Part shown: positions 17,163-26,927 of the stretch, one piece after another
Layout of the letters: each line of letters starts with the position of its first letter
Position numbering within the stretch: the first letter of the stretch is position 1
From: a virus
Lineage: Duplodnaviria; Caudoviricetes
IMG/VR virus record: IMGVR_UViG_3300049144_000050
Coordinates: 1-41,371 of that record
Length of the DNA: 41,371 nucleotides
Strand: one strand, 5' to 3'
Translations under genes and position numbers: made by a program
Notes under the pieces: model-generated
Told to the model about the DNA's origin: nothing
The model's database searches: none
What the model saw: the letters and a program-made list of their open reading frames with translations, nothing else

Positions 17163-18149
17163 ATGGCGATCGGATCCGGTCTCGGCGCCCAACTGGGCAT
17201 CGCCGCCGAGACGACCTACGGCAGTTTCGTGGCGCCGGCGAAGTTCCTCGAGTTCACCAAGGAATCGCTGGCGCTGAAGAAGACCACGGCGCAGTCCGCG
17301 GGCATCGCGGCAGGGCGTCTGCTGGCGCTGTCCTCGCGGCGGGTGCTGACCCGTAAGGAAGTGCAGGGCAGCATCGACCTGGAGGTCACCAACAAGGGCA
17401 TGGGGCTGCTGCTTCAGGCGCTCATGGGGACGACCGTCACGCCGGTGCAGGGCGGTGCGACCGCGGCCTACACGCAGACGCACACACTGGCGTCGACGGC
17501 GGGGAAGTCGCTGACGATCCAGAAGGGCGTGCCGCTCACCACCGGCACGGTCACGGACAAGACGTTCGTCGGCTGCAAGATCACGAGCGGTGAATTCTCG
17601 TGCGGCACGGGCGAAATGCTCACCGCGAGTTTCGAGTTCGACGGCAAGGACTGCGACGAGAGCCAGACCCTGGCGGTCGCGTCCTACGCCAGCATGTCGC
17701 CGTTCCACTTCGGGCAGATGGCGGTCAAGACCGGCAGCTTCGGCACGGAGACGGCACTCGACGGAATCCGCAAGGTGTCCTGCAAGATCGAGCGTCCGCA
17801 GGACGTCGAGCGTTTCTACGCTGGCCAGAGCGGCTTGAAGAAGGAGCCGATCGAGAACGACCAGGTGAAGATCAGCGGTTCGCTGGAGTCGGACTACGTC
17901 GCCACCACCCTCGACGACCTGCACACCTCCGACGGCGCGACGTCGCTGGTGTGGGAGTTCATCGGCCCGCTGATCGCGACGACGTACTTCGAGACATTCC
18001 GGATCACGCTGCCCGCGATCCGCCTGGACGAGGGCCCGCCGGTCGTCGACGGGTTCGGGGTCGTGAAACCGACGTTCAACTTCGTGGGCCTGTACGACGG
18101 CACGAACCAGCCGAAGATCGAGTACATCTCGACCGACGTCACCGTGTGA
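17163..18149 (+). CDS. Major tail tube protein
   Basis: GSGLGAQLGIAAETTYG N-terminus, KSLTIQKG, FVGCKI; position. Confidence 0.9.
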   Translation: MAIGSGLGAQLGIAAETTYGSFVAPAKFLEFTKESLALKKTTAQSAGIAAGRLLALSSRRVLTRKEVQGSIDLEVTNKGMGLLLQALMGTTVTPVQGGATAAYTQTHTLASTAGKSLTIQKGVPLTTGTVTDKTFVGCKITSGEFSCGTGEMLTASFEFDGKDCDESQTLAVASYASMSPFHFGQMAVKTGSFGTETALDGIRKVSCKIERPQDVERFYAGQSGLKKEPIENDQVKISGSLESDYVATTLDDLHTSDGATSLVWEFIGPLIATTYFETFRITLPAIRLDEGPPVVDGFGVVKPTFNFVGLYDGTNQPKIEYISTDVTV

Positions 18150-18156
18150 GCTGGGC

Positions 18157-18666
18157 ATGGTCGCCCAGATCCGTGTGACCGGTACCGGCCAGCTGCTCAC
18201 CCTCGCCGCGCAGCTGCGCCGGGCCGGTCACGAGAACATCCGCCAGTCCTACCTGCGTCGCATCCGGCGGGCTGCCGAGCCGTTGCGCGAGGATCTGCAG
18301 GACAACATCCGTCACCTCGACATCCGCTCGCAGGGTCGGGCCTCGGGGAAGCGGGGCGGGCCGTCGCCGACGGCCCGCCCGCTGCGGGCGACGATCGCCG
18401 CGGCGATCCGCCTCTCGGTCCGCACCACCGGCGCCCCGGGCGCCCGGGTGTGGGTGGACCGGGACCGGCTGCCACGGGACCTGAAGAACATGCCCACCGT
18501 GATCAACACGGGCAGGGTCCGGCACCCCGTGTTCGGCAACCGGCGCCGGTGGGCGCAGCAGACCGCCACCCCGCTGTGGTGGGACAGAACCGTGCGCGCG
18601 CACCAGCCGCGCATCACCCGCGAAGTCGAGCGCGTCGTCGACGACGTCCGCCGGCGCCTTGAATAG
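18157..18666 (+). CDS. HK97 gp10-like neck/tail-completion protein
   Basis: Basic; LRATIAAAI, RHPVFGNRRRW..Q motifs. Confidence 0.7.
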   Translation: MVAQIRVTGTGQLLTLAAQLRRAGHENIRQSYLRRIRRAAEPLREDLQDNIRHLDIRSQGRASGKRGGPSPTARPLRATIAAAIRLSVRTTGAPGARVWVDRDRLPRDLKNMPTVINTGRVRHPVFGNRRRWAQQTATPLWWDRTVRAHQPRITREVERVVDDVRRRLE

Positions 18667-18675
18667 GAGCACCCC

Positions 18676-19245
18676 GTGATCATCGTCTACACGCCCAAGG
18701 GCGGGGAGCCCGAGCACTACGACGCCACCAGCCTGCGGGTGTCCGAGGCGGCGATCGTGCAGCGCACCGTCGACATGAAGTGGCAGGAGATCCTCGCAGG
18801 CCTGGAGCAGGACGACCTGGACGCTATGCGCGGCATCGTCTGGGCCATCAAGAAGCGCAGCGAGCCCAGCTTGAGGTGGGGCGATTTCGACCCCGGGGTC
18901 ACCGAGATGACCTCCCGCATGGACAACGACGAGATCGAACGCTGGCTCGACGCCACCCTGCAGGCCATCGACGAGGACGCGGAGTGGGAGCCGATCGAGC
19001 GGCTGATCTCCAGCCGGATCCCTGACGTTGCAGCTGACCCGGAGCACGCCCTTGGCCTTCTCGCCGCCAGGAGCCGGACCCCAAAAGCGACGGCCGAGGA
19101 AACGGCCGACGCGCCGCCGGAGCCCGAGACGGACGCGGAGGGCGAGCCTTCGAGCCCGAACCAGACATCGCCTACGCCCGGACCGTCTACCTCGGACTCT
19201 TCGCCCACCTCCTCCACATCCCACCCCGAGACGTCGATGACCTGA
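18676..19245 (+). CDS. Tail assembly chaperone (gpG-like)
   Basis: AGGAG RBS; lies between tail tube and tape measure; contains a slippery site. Confidence 0.85.
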   Translation: MIIVYTPKGGEPEHYDATSLRVSEAAIVQRTVDMKWQEILAGLEQDDLDAMRGIVWAIKKRSEPSLRWGDFDPGVTEMTSRMDNDEIERWLDATLQAIDEDAEWEPIERLISSRIPDVAADPEHALGLLAARSRTPKATAEETADAPPEPETDAEGEPSSPNQTSPTPGPSTSDSSPTSSTSHPETSMT

Positions 19246-19322
19246 CGGTCGGCGACTTCTACGCCCTCACCGCCTGGATCGACCAGCACCAGGCCCTGCA
19301 GTCGGAAGGCGGTGAGCGCTGA
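18676..19322 (+). CDS. Tail assembly chaperone GT product via -1 frameshift at 19080-19086
   Basis: In-frame C CCA AAA heptamer; the -1 frame stays open to TGA19322 and encodes YLGLFAHLLHIPPRDVDDLTVGDFYALTAWID. Confidence 0.85.
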
Positions 19323-22300
19323 TGCCGTCGATGACGTTCATCCTCGAAGGACGCGACCGGCTCTCCCGGACCCTGGACGATGCCGGCGACGCCGCCCTCC
19401 GGCTGGCCAGGCGCCTGGATGACTCCGCCCGCCGCAGCTCGGGGTCGGTGGACCATTTCACCCGGGACGCCAATGGGCGGCTGCACGACCTGCAAGGTCG
19501 CTTTGTCGCCACGTCCAGCAGTTCCGACCTGATGGCCAGCTCTCTGGGAGAGCTGCGCAAGACGACGCTGCTGCTGGCCCCGGCGGCGATTCCGGCAGCC
19601 GCCTCCCTCGCGCCCATTGCTGCGGGCGCAGGCACCGTGGCGGTGGCGGTCGCGGCGATGGGCGCGGCCATCGCCCCGCAGATCGCGCAGCTCGGCGAGG
19701 TCTCTGAGGCGCAGAAGAAGTACGACGACGCCGTCACCAAGTCGGGCGCGCACTCCCAGGAGGCCGTCCAGGCGCAGACGGATCTGGCGCGGGCCACGGC
19801 CAAGCTGCCGCCACCGACCCGTGAAGCGGCAGCCGCCTACGCCGTCCTGAAGGACGACTATCAGGCGTGGTCGGACAGCCTGGCCGGGGACACGATGGCC
19901 CCGCTCACCAAGGGCCTGATGCTGACCAACGCCTTGTTGCCGAAGACCAGTGGCCTGGTCAGGGCGGCGTCGGGTGAGGCCGACCGGTTCGTGACGGTCA
20001 TCGGCGGGGAGATGGCCTCACCCGGCCTGGACCGCCTCAACGGCAAGTTCACGACGTTCGCGCAGCGCACCCTGCGCAGCGTCAACGACGAGATCGTCCA
20101 CATCCTGCGCGTCAGCGACAGCGGCCAGGTCGGCGGCAATGCCCGCGAGTTCATGCAGTGGGCGCGCGCTCAGGGACCGACCGTGGCGAGCGTCCTGTCC
20201 AGCGTGGCGAGCGCGCTCATCCACGTGCTGAAGGCAGGCAGCGACATCGGCGTCAGCCTGCTGCAGGTCATCGATGTCCTCGCCGGCATCGTGTCCGCTG
20301 TCCCGCCGGGTGCGATCTCAACGTTCCTCCAGCTGGCCATCGCACTGAAGGTCACCAAGGCTGCGGCGCTCGGACTGGCCGCCGGCCGTACCGTGCTCGT
20401 CGGGTTCGCCGCCCAGATCCTGGCCATGAACTCGGCAGCCGCCGCGACGCCGGGACGGATGGCCGCGGCACGGGCGAGCATCGCCGCCCTGTCCCGCACC
20501 ACCAAGATCGCCATGGCGGGCACTGGCATCGGCCTGCTGGTCATCGCCTTGAGCGAACTGGCGCAGCGCAGCGGGCAGGCGCCGCCGGACGTCGACAAAC
20601 TGACCAGCTCCCTCAAGACTCTCGGCGCCACGGGCAAGGTGACGGGCGAGGCGGCCAAGCACTTCGGCTCCGACCTCAGCGGTCTGCACGACAAGGTCCG
20701 CGCCCTCACTGATCCCTCGAGCACGGACAAGGTCCAGCAGTGGATCGTGAGTCTGGGCGGCCTGGCCGACTGGGACTCCACCCCGGTCAAGGAAGCCAGC
20801 GAGACGATCGACGCGATCGACAAGTCTTTGGCTGCTCTGGTGCAGAACGGTGACGCCGACCTGGCGGCCGCCGCGCTGAAGCGGATGACCGACGCCTATG
20901 GCCAGGGCAGCCCGAAGGTCAAGGCGTTCACCCAGGAACTCGACGACTACAAGGGCGCGCTGGCCGACTCCAAGTTCGAGGCCGAGCTGGCGGCGGAAGC
21001 CCAGGGCGTCTTCGGCATGCAGGCCATGTCGGTGCAGCAGAAGCTGTCCGCGCAGAAGCTGTCGGCGGACGGGCTGCGTCAGTCGATCCAGGCCCTGTCG
21101 GACACGTCGAGGAATGCGTTTGACGCACAGACGAAGATGGAGGCCGCGATCGACGCGGTCACCAAGAGCCTGCAGGAGAACGGCAAGACCCTCGACGCGG
21201 GCAGCGATAAAGGCCGCGCGAACCGTGACGCCCTCAGCCAGATGGCGGCGGCGACCGAGGACGCCGCGGCCAAGGCCCGCGAGAACGGGGCCAGCTGGGA
21301 GACCGTCAACGGCATCTACGACAAGGGCCGCAAGACCCTCGTCGACAATATCGCCGCGATCACCGGCAACCGCCGGGAAGCCGAGGCGCTCGCGTCGACG
21401 CTGCTGAAGATGCCCGACAAGAAGATGCGCCTGGAGATGCGCACCGAGGACGCGGTGCGCAGCCTCGACTCGGTCATTGGCGCCATCAAGAAGGCCCCGG
21501 ACAAGAAGTCCGTCACCGTGTCGGCGCTGACCAAGGACGCGGTCGGTATGCTGCGCGACCTCGGTTTCAAGGTCGAGCGGATGAAGGACGGCCGTTTCAA
21601 GGTCACCGCAGACACCAAGAACGCCAAGGACAACATCGGCGCGGTGCAGCGGGCCCGCGACGCACTGAAGGACAAGTCGATCACCCTGTCCGCCCGGGAC
21701 CGCGCCAGCGCCGCGGTACGGGATATTCAGGCAGCGATCGCAGGCCTGCGCAACAAGAGCGTCACCATCACCACCGTCCGGCAGACCATCGCCACGTACT
21801 CGACGGCCACTCGGCCGGTCACCGGCCAGGGCGGCGTCAGCAAGTACGCGGCAGGCGGTACGCCCGAGGCCGGCGAGATGGCGATGGTCGGCGAGAACGG
21901 GCCCGAGCTGGTCGTCTTCGGCGAGGCTGCCCGCGTTTTTGACTCGACCACCACCAAGGGCATGCTGAAGGGAACGGCCACCGCAGGCCGGGCCGCCGCG
22001 CAGGGCCTGGCCGTGGGCCTCGGCTCTGGTGGCGGCGTGTACGTGGCGGCCCGGGCGATGGCTGCTCAGGTCACCAGCGGAATCCGGGATGAGCTGGAGA
22101 TCCGGTCGCCGTCGAAGAAGACGAAGGCGCTCGCCGCGGACGTCGGAAAAGGCTTCATCGTCGGCCTGACCGGGTCCCGCGACAAGATCAAGGCAGTGGC
22201 CGCCGATCTCGCCAAGGACATCAAGACGGCCTTCTCCGGCAAGAAGGAATCGTCGCTGCTCAAGATGGTCGACCAGCAGACGAAGAAGCTGCTCGACCTG

Positions 22301-23122
22301 GCGAAGAAGCGCGACAGTGTCGCCGCGAGGATCGCCACGGCGAAGAAGTACGCCGGTGAGCTCACCTCGTCGGCCCGCGAGGGAGCGGGCCTGTCCAACC
22401 TCGGTATGGAGCCCGGGCAGGTCACGGCGGGCGGCATCAAGGCAGGGCTCGCGGGCAAGCTCGCGCAGATCCGGACCTTCACCCGGTACATCGACATCCT
22501 CGCGAAGAAGGGCCTCAACAAGGGTCTGCTGCGGCAGATCCTCAACATGGGCCCTGAGGCCGGGTACGCCTACGCCTCGGCTCTGGTCGGCGCGGACAAG
22601 AGCACCTTCAAGCAGATCAACTCTCTGCAGTCGCAGCTGGACAAGTCGACAACGGACCTCGGCCGCCTCGGCGCCGACCGGATGTACGACAGCGGCAAGA
22701 ACGCGTCAAAGGGCTTCCTGGCCGGGTTGACGTCGCAGGAGAAGCAGCTCGAAGCGACCATGGTGAAGATCGCCAAGGCCATGCAGAAGAGCCTGCGCAA
22801 GGCGCTGGGGATCAAGAGCCCTGCCCGGGCGATGATCCCCGACGGGGTCAACACCGCCCGCGGCGTCGCCGTTGGCGTGATGGAGGGACTGCCGCACGTC
22901 GACCGGGCCATGCAGGCGGTAGCCGGGCGCATGGCCGGACAGGCGGCTGCCAGCCCCGTCGCCGGCCGTGCGGCCGTCGCCGCCAGGGGAGGCGGCGGAA
23001 CAGTCATCCACATCCACGTCGACGGCACGGTCGTCGACCAGCTCGGCTTCGCACGCGCCGCACGCCAGGCCCTGCTCGAGCTGAAGCGGACGAACGGCAA
23101 CGCCGCGCTCGGCCTGGTCTGA
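19322..23122 (+). CDS. Tape measure protein (1266 aa)
   Basis: Long Ala-rich helical ORF after the chaperones; MVGENGPE and two IxSP motifs. Confidence 0.95.
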   Translation: MPSMTFILEGRDRLSRTLDDAGDAALRLARRLDDSARRSSGSVDHFTRDANGRLHDLQGRFVATSSSSDLMASSLGELRKTTLLLAPAAIPAAASLAPIAAGAGTVAVAVAAMGAAIAPQIAQLGEVSEAQKKYDDAVTKSGAHSQEAVQAQTDLARATAKLPPPTREAAAAYAVLKDDYQAWSDSLAGDTMAPLTKGLMLTNALLPKTSGLVRAASGEADRFVTVIGGEMASPGLDRLNGKFTTFAQRTLRSVNDEIVHILRVSDSGQVGGNAREFMQWARAQGPTVASVLSSVASALIHVLKAGSDIGVSLLQVIDVLAGIVSAVPPGAISTFLQLAIALKVTKAAALGLAAGRTVLVGFAAQILAMNSAAAATPGRMAAARASIAALSRTTKIAMAGTGIGLLVIALSELAQRSGQAPPDVDKLTSSLKTLGATGKVTGEAAKHFGSDLSGLHDKVRALTDPSSTDKVQQWIVSLGGLADWDSTPVKEASETIDAIDKSLAALVQNGDADLAAAALKRMTDAYGQGSPKVKAFTQELDDYKGALADSKFEAELAAEAQGVFGMQAMSVQQKLSAQKLSADGLRQSIQALSDTSRNAFDAQTKMEAAIDAVTKSLQENGKTLDAGSDKGRANRDALSQMAAATEDAAAKARENGASWETVNGIYDKGRKTLVDNIAAITGNRREAEALASTLLKMPDKKMRLEMRTEDAVRSLDSVIGAIKKAPDKKSVTVSALTKDAVGMLRDLGFKVERMKDGRFKVTADTKNAKDNIGAVQRARDALKDKSITLSARDRASAAVRDIQAAIAGLRNKSVTITTVRQTIATYSTATRPVTGQGGVSKYAAGGTPEAGEMAMVGENGPELVVFGEAARVFDSTTTKGMLKGTATAGRAAAQGLAVGLGSGGGVYVAARAMAAQVTSGIRDELEIRSPSKKTKALAADVGKGFIVGLTGSRDKIKAVAADLAKDIKTAFSGKKESSLLKMVDQQTKKLLDLAKKRDSVAARIATAKKYAGELTSSAREGAGLSNLGMEPGQVTAGGIKAGLAGKLAQIRTFTRYIDILAKKGLNKGLLRQILNMGPEAGYAYASALVGADKSTFKQINSLQSQLDKSTTDLGRLGADRMYDSGKNASKGFLAGLTSQEKQLEATMVKIAKAMQKSLRKALGIKSPARAMIPDGVNTARGVAVGVMEGLPHVDRAMQAVAGRMAGQAAASPVAGRAAVAARGGGGTVIHIHVDGTVVDQLGFARAARQALLELKRTNGNAALGLV

Positions 23123-23150
23123 GCCGGCACTACGGAAACGGGGTGGGCGC

Positions 23151-25904
23151 ATGACGCGCGTGTGTGTAGAGGCGGCGTTCGGTACGACGCTCGCAGCGGC
23201 TGTCTCCACAGGCGGCACGTGGACCGACATCACACAGCGCGTCGACATCCCGGAGGGCATCTCTATCACCCGGGGGGCGCAGGATGAGCTGTCCCAGATC
23301 CAGCCCGGCACGTGCACCATGAAGCTGGACAACTCGGATGGCGCGCTGACTCCGGAATACACCGGCTCGCCGTACTACCCGAACGTCGTCGACGGCGTAC
23401 CAATCCGAGTCAACGTCGCCACGGTCACCACGAACTTCGTGCGCAACCCCTCCTTCGAGGGCGGCGCCCTCGATACGTGGGAATGGGCCACCGACGTCGA
23501 GGTCACCACCCCCGTCACCCCCGTGAAGACCGGATCGAACGCGGCCCGGATCGCTTGGAACGCCTCCGTCTCGGACTACTTCCAGACGACGGTGTACGGG
23601 CTGACGATCGGCGCGACCTGCACAGCCAGCGCCTATGTGCGGGTGCCCGCCGGGGACGTTGCCGTCCGTATCCGGATGGGCGGGGTGACGTCATCGGCGT
23701 CGGCCGTCAACGACACGTACACCCGGCTCACCGCGACGTTCACCGCGACCGCGTCCGTGATGACCCTGCAGGTCATTCCCTCCACGACCCCGGCGGCCGG
23801 CGACCTTGTGTTCGTCGACGCGGTCATGGTCGAGGAGGCGGCCACGGCCTCCGCGCTGAACTACCTCACCAACACCAGCTTCGAGACGAACACCTCAGGC
23901 TGGTCCAGCTCCGGCACGCCCACGTTCGCCCGGTCCACGCTCCGCGCGAACAACGGCGCGGCAAGCTTGCTCGTGACCTGGGGTACGACCGCGGACCAGT
24001 TCATCGAAACGATCGCAACGAACCTCGACGTCGGCTCGGTGTACACAGCGAGTGCCTACGTGTGGGTACCGGCAGGGGGAACGCCGGTGCAGCTGCGTGC
24101 GGCTGGCGTCGTCAGCGGCGCGGCCAGCACCGTCACTGATGCGTGGCAGCGGATCAGCGTCACGTGGACCCAGCCCGCCGGGGGTACTACACGGAACATT
24201 CGTGTGCAGCCCGCGACCACACCCGCTGTCGTCGGCCACCAGGTGTGGGTGGACGCCGCCCAGGTGCAGGAAGGCAGCAGCGCCACCGCCTGGAACGCCT
24301 CGCTGGAGGGGGCGCAGCTGCATGAGCGGTTCTGGGGGCTCGTCAACCAGTGGCCCGTGCGCTGGGGCGGCCTGTACTCGACGGCCATGGTCACGGCCAC
24401 GGACGTCCTCAGTGTGCTCTCGCGCGCTGAGGAACAGATGCGGCCCATGCTCATCCAGGAGTGCCTGCTGTGGGGGCCGAACGCCTTCTACCCGATGGAC
24501 GAGGGCGCGGATGCCACGTCGGCCGGTGACGTCTCCGGGCTCACCGGCCCGCAGTCCCTGGCCCTCCAGCAGGCCGGATCGGGCGGGACGCTGGAGTTCG
24601 GGGCAGGCAGCGCGCCGCTGGGGCTGAGCGGGGCACCCCTGTTCACGCCCGCGTCGGCGTCCGCGGGGAAGTTCCTGCGGGCCGAGCTGGGCGGCAGCGC
24701 ACAGGGGTCCTCGCTCACGCAGGCCCTGCTGCTGGAGTTCTGGTTCGCGACGTCGACGGCCGGCCGGAGCATGGTGGCGATCGCCAGCGCTGACCGCGAC
24801 TACTACCTGGTGCTCTCCCTGGCCTCGGCGACCGGGTTCCTGACGGTGACGTCGAAACAGTCGGGCGGCACTGCCGTCACGACCACAGCCGGGGCGACCA
24901 ACCTGGCGGACGGGCGGCTGCATCACCTCATCTACGACGCCGAGGTCCAGGAGCTCTATGTCGACGGCGTCAGCATCGGCGCCTTCGCCGGGATCCTCGC
25001 GGTGCAGGACCTGTCCACGCTCACGGTCGGGGCGAACCAGGTGGGCGGCAGCCTGTGGTCGGGAAGCATCAGCGCCGTGGCCGTGTACTTCGACACGTCC
25101 ATGTCGGCGTCGAGCCTGGCCGACCACTACACGTGCGGCACGACCGGGTATGCGGGTGAGACCGCGGACGAGCGGGCGTTCCGGCTGACCGCCTACATCG
25201 GCCTGAACTTCGGCGACAGCGGTATCTTCACCACCGGTATCGCCGAGCAGGCCGCCCTGGGCCGGACCTGCCTGGAGCACCTGCGGGACGTGGAGGCCAC
25301 CGAGTCCGGGAAGCTGTACGCCTCCCGCGGCGCCCCGCAGATCCAGCTGCAGGCCCGGTCGGTGCGCTACAACCCGTCGTCCGCGCTGAGCATCGTGTAC
25401 GCGGACTTCGAGCCCGGCGACTTCGAACTGGCCTACGACACACAAAAGGTCGCCAACACGCTGGTGCTGTCGCGACCGGGCGGGGCAACCCAACGCATGG
25501 TCCATGCCGCATCCAAGGCGGCACGCGGCCCGATCGGCCGCGCCGTCGACACCCTGTGCACGTCCGACTTGGTCGTCACCGACCTGGGGAACTGGCTGCT
25601 GTACCGCTACGCCGTCCCGGTGCCGGAGCTGCGCGGCGTGACGATCGAGGCGTTCACGATGGGGCTGGCCACCTACCGCACCCTCATGGCCGCCGACATC
25701 AGCACGGTGTTCACGGTGACGTCCATGCCTGCCCAGGCGCCGACGGCGTCGATGTCCGCGACGGTCGAGGGCTACCGCGAGGACATCCGCCACAACCAGC
25801 ACAGCCTGCAGTTCCTCACGTCGAGGACCGTCACGTCCACGGTGTGGGTGCTGGACGACCCGCTCTACTCCGTCCTCGACTCCACCACCCGCCTCGCTTA
25901 CTAG
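23151..25904 (+). CDS. Minor tail/baseplate protein with two CBM4/9-like repeats and a LamG-like domain
   Basis: WTDIT...ITRG...LDNSDG N-terminus; repeats N..NPSFE...SAYV.VP...VDA..VEE; FYPMDE...DGRLHHL...LYVDG...WSGSI. Confidence 0.85.
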   Translation: MTRVCVEAAFGTTLAAAVSTGGTWTDITQRVDIPEGISITRGAQDELSQIQPGTCTMKLDNSDGALTPEYTGSPYYPNVVDGVPIRVNVATVTTNFVRNPSFEGGALDTWEWATDVEVTTPVTPVKTGSNAARIAWNASVSDYFQTTVYGLTIGATCTASAYVRVPAGDVAVRIRMGGVTSSASAVNDTYTRLTATFTATASVMTLQVIPSTTPAAGDLVFVDAVMVEEAATASALNYLTNTSFETNTSGWSSSGTPTFARSTLRANNGAASLLVTWGTTADQFIETIATNLDVGSVYTASAYVWVPAGGTPVQLRAAGVVSGAASTVTDAWQRISVTWTQPAGGTTRNIRVQPATTPAVVGHQVWVDAAQVQEGSSATAWNASLEGAQLHERFWGLVNQWPVRWGGLYSTAMVTATDVLSVLSRAEEQMRPMLIQECLLWGPNAFYPMDEGADATSAGDVSGLTGPQSLALQQAGSGGTLEFGAGSAPLGLSGAPLFTPASASAGKFLRAELGGSAQGSSLTQALLLEFWFATSTAGRSMVAIASADRDYYLVLSLASATGFLTVTSKQSGGTAVTTTAGATNLADGRLHHLIYDAEVQELYVDGVSIGAFAGILAVQDLSTLTVGANQVGGSLWSGSISAVAVYFDTSMSASSLADHYTCGTTGYAGETADERAFRLTAYIGLNFGDSGIFTTGIAEQAALGRTCLEHLRDVEATESGKLYASRGAPQIQLQARSVRYNPSSALSIVYADFEPGDFELAYDTQKVANTLVLSRPGGATQRMVHAASKAARGPIGRAVDTLCTSDLVVTDLGNWLLYRYAVPVPELRGVTIEAFTMGLATYRTLMAADISTVFTVTSMPAQAPTASMSATVEGYREDIRHNQHSLQFLTSRTVTSTVWVLDDPLYSVLDSTTRLAY

Positions 25905-25912
25905 GAGCAACT

Positions 25913-26350
25913 GTGCCCATCGCTGTCGTGCGCGCCGAGACGTTCTACCTGCCGCCGCCCGACCAGCCCGCGAACGCCTGGGCGGACGTGCCCGCAGCCG
26001 AGTTGGTGTGGCGCTGGTACGAGGCCCGGATGGGCCGCCGCGTCGTCCCGCCCGCGGACACGGTCGATGACAGCTACTTCGCGCGGATCAATCAGAACCG
26101 GTGGCTCGCAGACTGCTCGAGCTGCGGCTCGGCGGCCGTCGTCTCCCCGACCGACCCCCGCTACGCCTGCACCGAATGCCAGTGGGGATGGTGCGCGCTC
26201 GTCTTCCCCGCCGACGTCGCCCCGGTGGAGGCCGCCCTGATGGGGCTGCGGCCGGGCCTGCGGAACTGGTGGCATCCGGACGACCCCAACAACCCGGACC
26301 GCCCGGCCGACCCGGAGCCCGAGCCCGGCCCGGAAGGTGAGACGCCATGA
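25913..26350 (+). CDS. Zinc-ribbon tail-region protein (145 aa)
   Basis: AGGAG RBS; ARINQNRWLADCSSC...ACTEC. Confidence 0.75.
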   Translation: MPIAVVRAETFYLPPPDQPANAWADVPAAELVWRWYEARMGRRVVPPADTVDDSYFARINQNRWLADCSSCGSAAVVSPTDPRYACTECQWGWCALVFPADVAPVEAALMGLRPGLRNWWHPDDPNNPDRPADPEPEPGPEGETP

Positions 26351-26865
26351 CGTTCACACCGAGGACCTGGGTCGTCGGCGAGGTGGTCTCCGCCGCGACC
26401 ATGAACCAGGAAATCCGCGACCAGTTCAACAGCTTCTTCGGCGCCTGGACGTCGTACACGCCCAGCTGGATCGCCGAAGGCGGTGCCGCCCCCACCCTCG
26501 GCAACGGCAGCATCACCGGCCGGTACCTCAAGATCGGCCGCACCACGGACTTCGTCATCCAACTGACGTGGGGGTCGACCACCGCAGCAGGCGGCGGTGC
26601 GGGCTCAGAGAACTGGGCGTTCACGCTGCCCGCCATCCCAGCCGCCGGCTTCACATTCCGCACGGTGAAAGCAGACGCGCTCGACAACAGCTCGGGCCTG
26701 CACTACGGCGCGGCCGGCACGTACAGCACCAGCAACGGCGGCTGCATCCGCTCCCTCGTCGACCAGCAAGGCGTCAGCGGCGCCATCTGGGACAGCGTCT
26801 ACCCCTTCACCTGGGCAGCCGCCGACATCCTCTACATCTACGGCCGCTACGAAGCCGCCAGCTGA
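26347..26865 (+). CDS. Minor tail/fiber protein
   Basis: PRTWVVGEVVSAATMNQEIRD, WTSYTPSW, LGNGSITGRYLKIG, ends YEAAS. Confidence 0.8.
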   Translation: MTFTPRTWVVGEVVSAATMNQEIRDQFNSFFGAWTSYTPSWIAEGGAAPTLGNGSITGRYLKIGRTTDFVIQLTWGSTTAAGGGAGSENWAFTLPAIPAAGFTFRTVKADALDNSSGLHYGAAGTYSTSNGGCIRSLVDQQGVSGAIWDSVYPFTWAAADILYIYGRYEAAS

Positions 26866-26883
26866 CCCGCGTTCACCCCACTC

Positions 26884-26916
26884 GCCCCGCGCCGTCGGCC
26901 GGGGCCTTCTTCCTTT
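26884..26916 (+). terminator. Putative intrinsic terminator after the tail module
   Basis: GCCCCG...CGGGGC stem followed by CTTCTTCCTTT. Confidence 0.5.
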
Positions 26917-26927
26917 CTGGAGGCCTC

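Noticed and set aside
23151-26865. Invertible tail-fibre cassette driven by the second recombinase
   Set aside because: No inverted duplicate fibre ends or paired crossover sites were seen around the tail genes.
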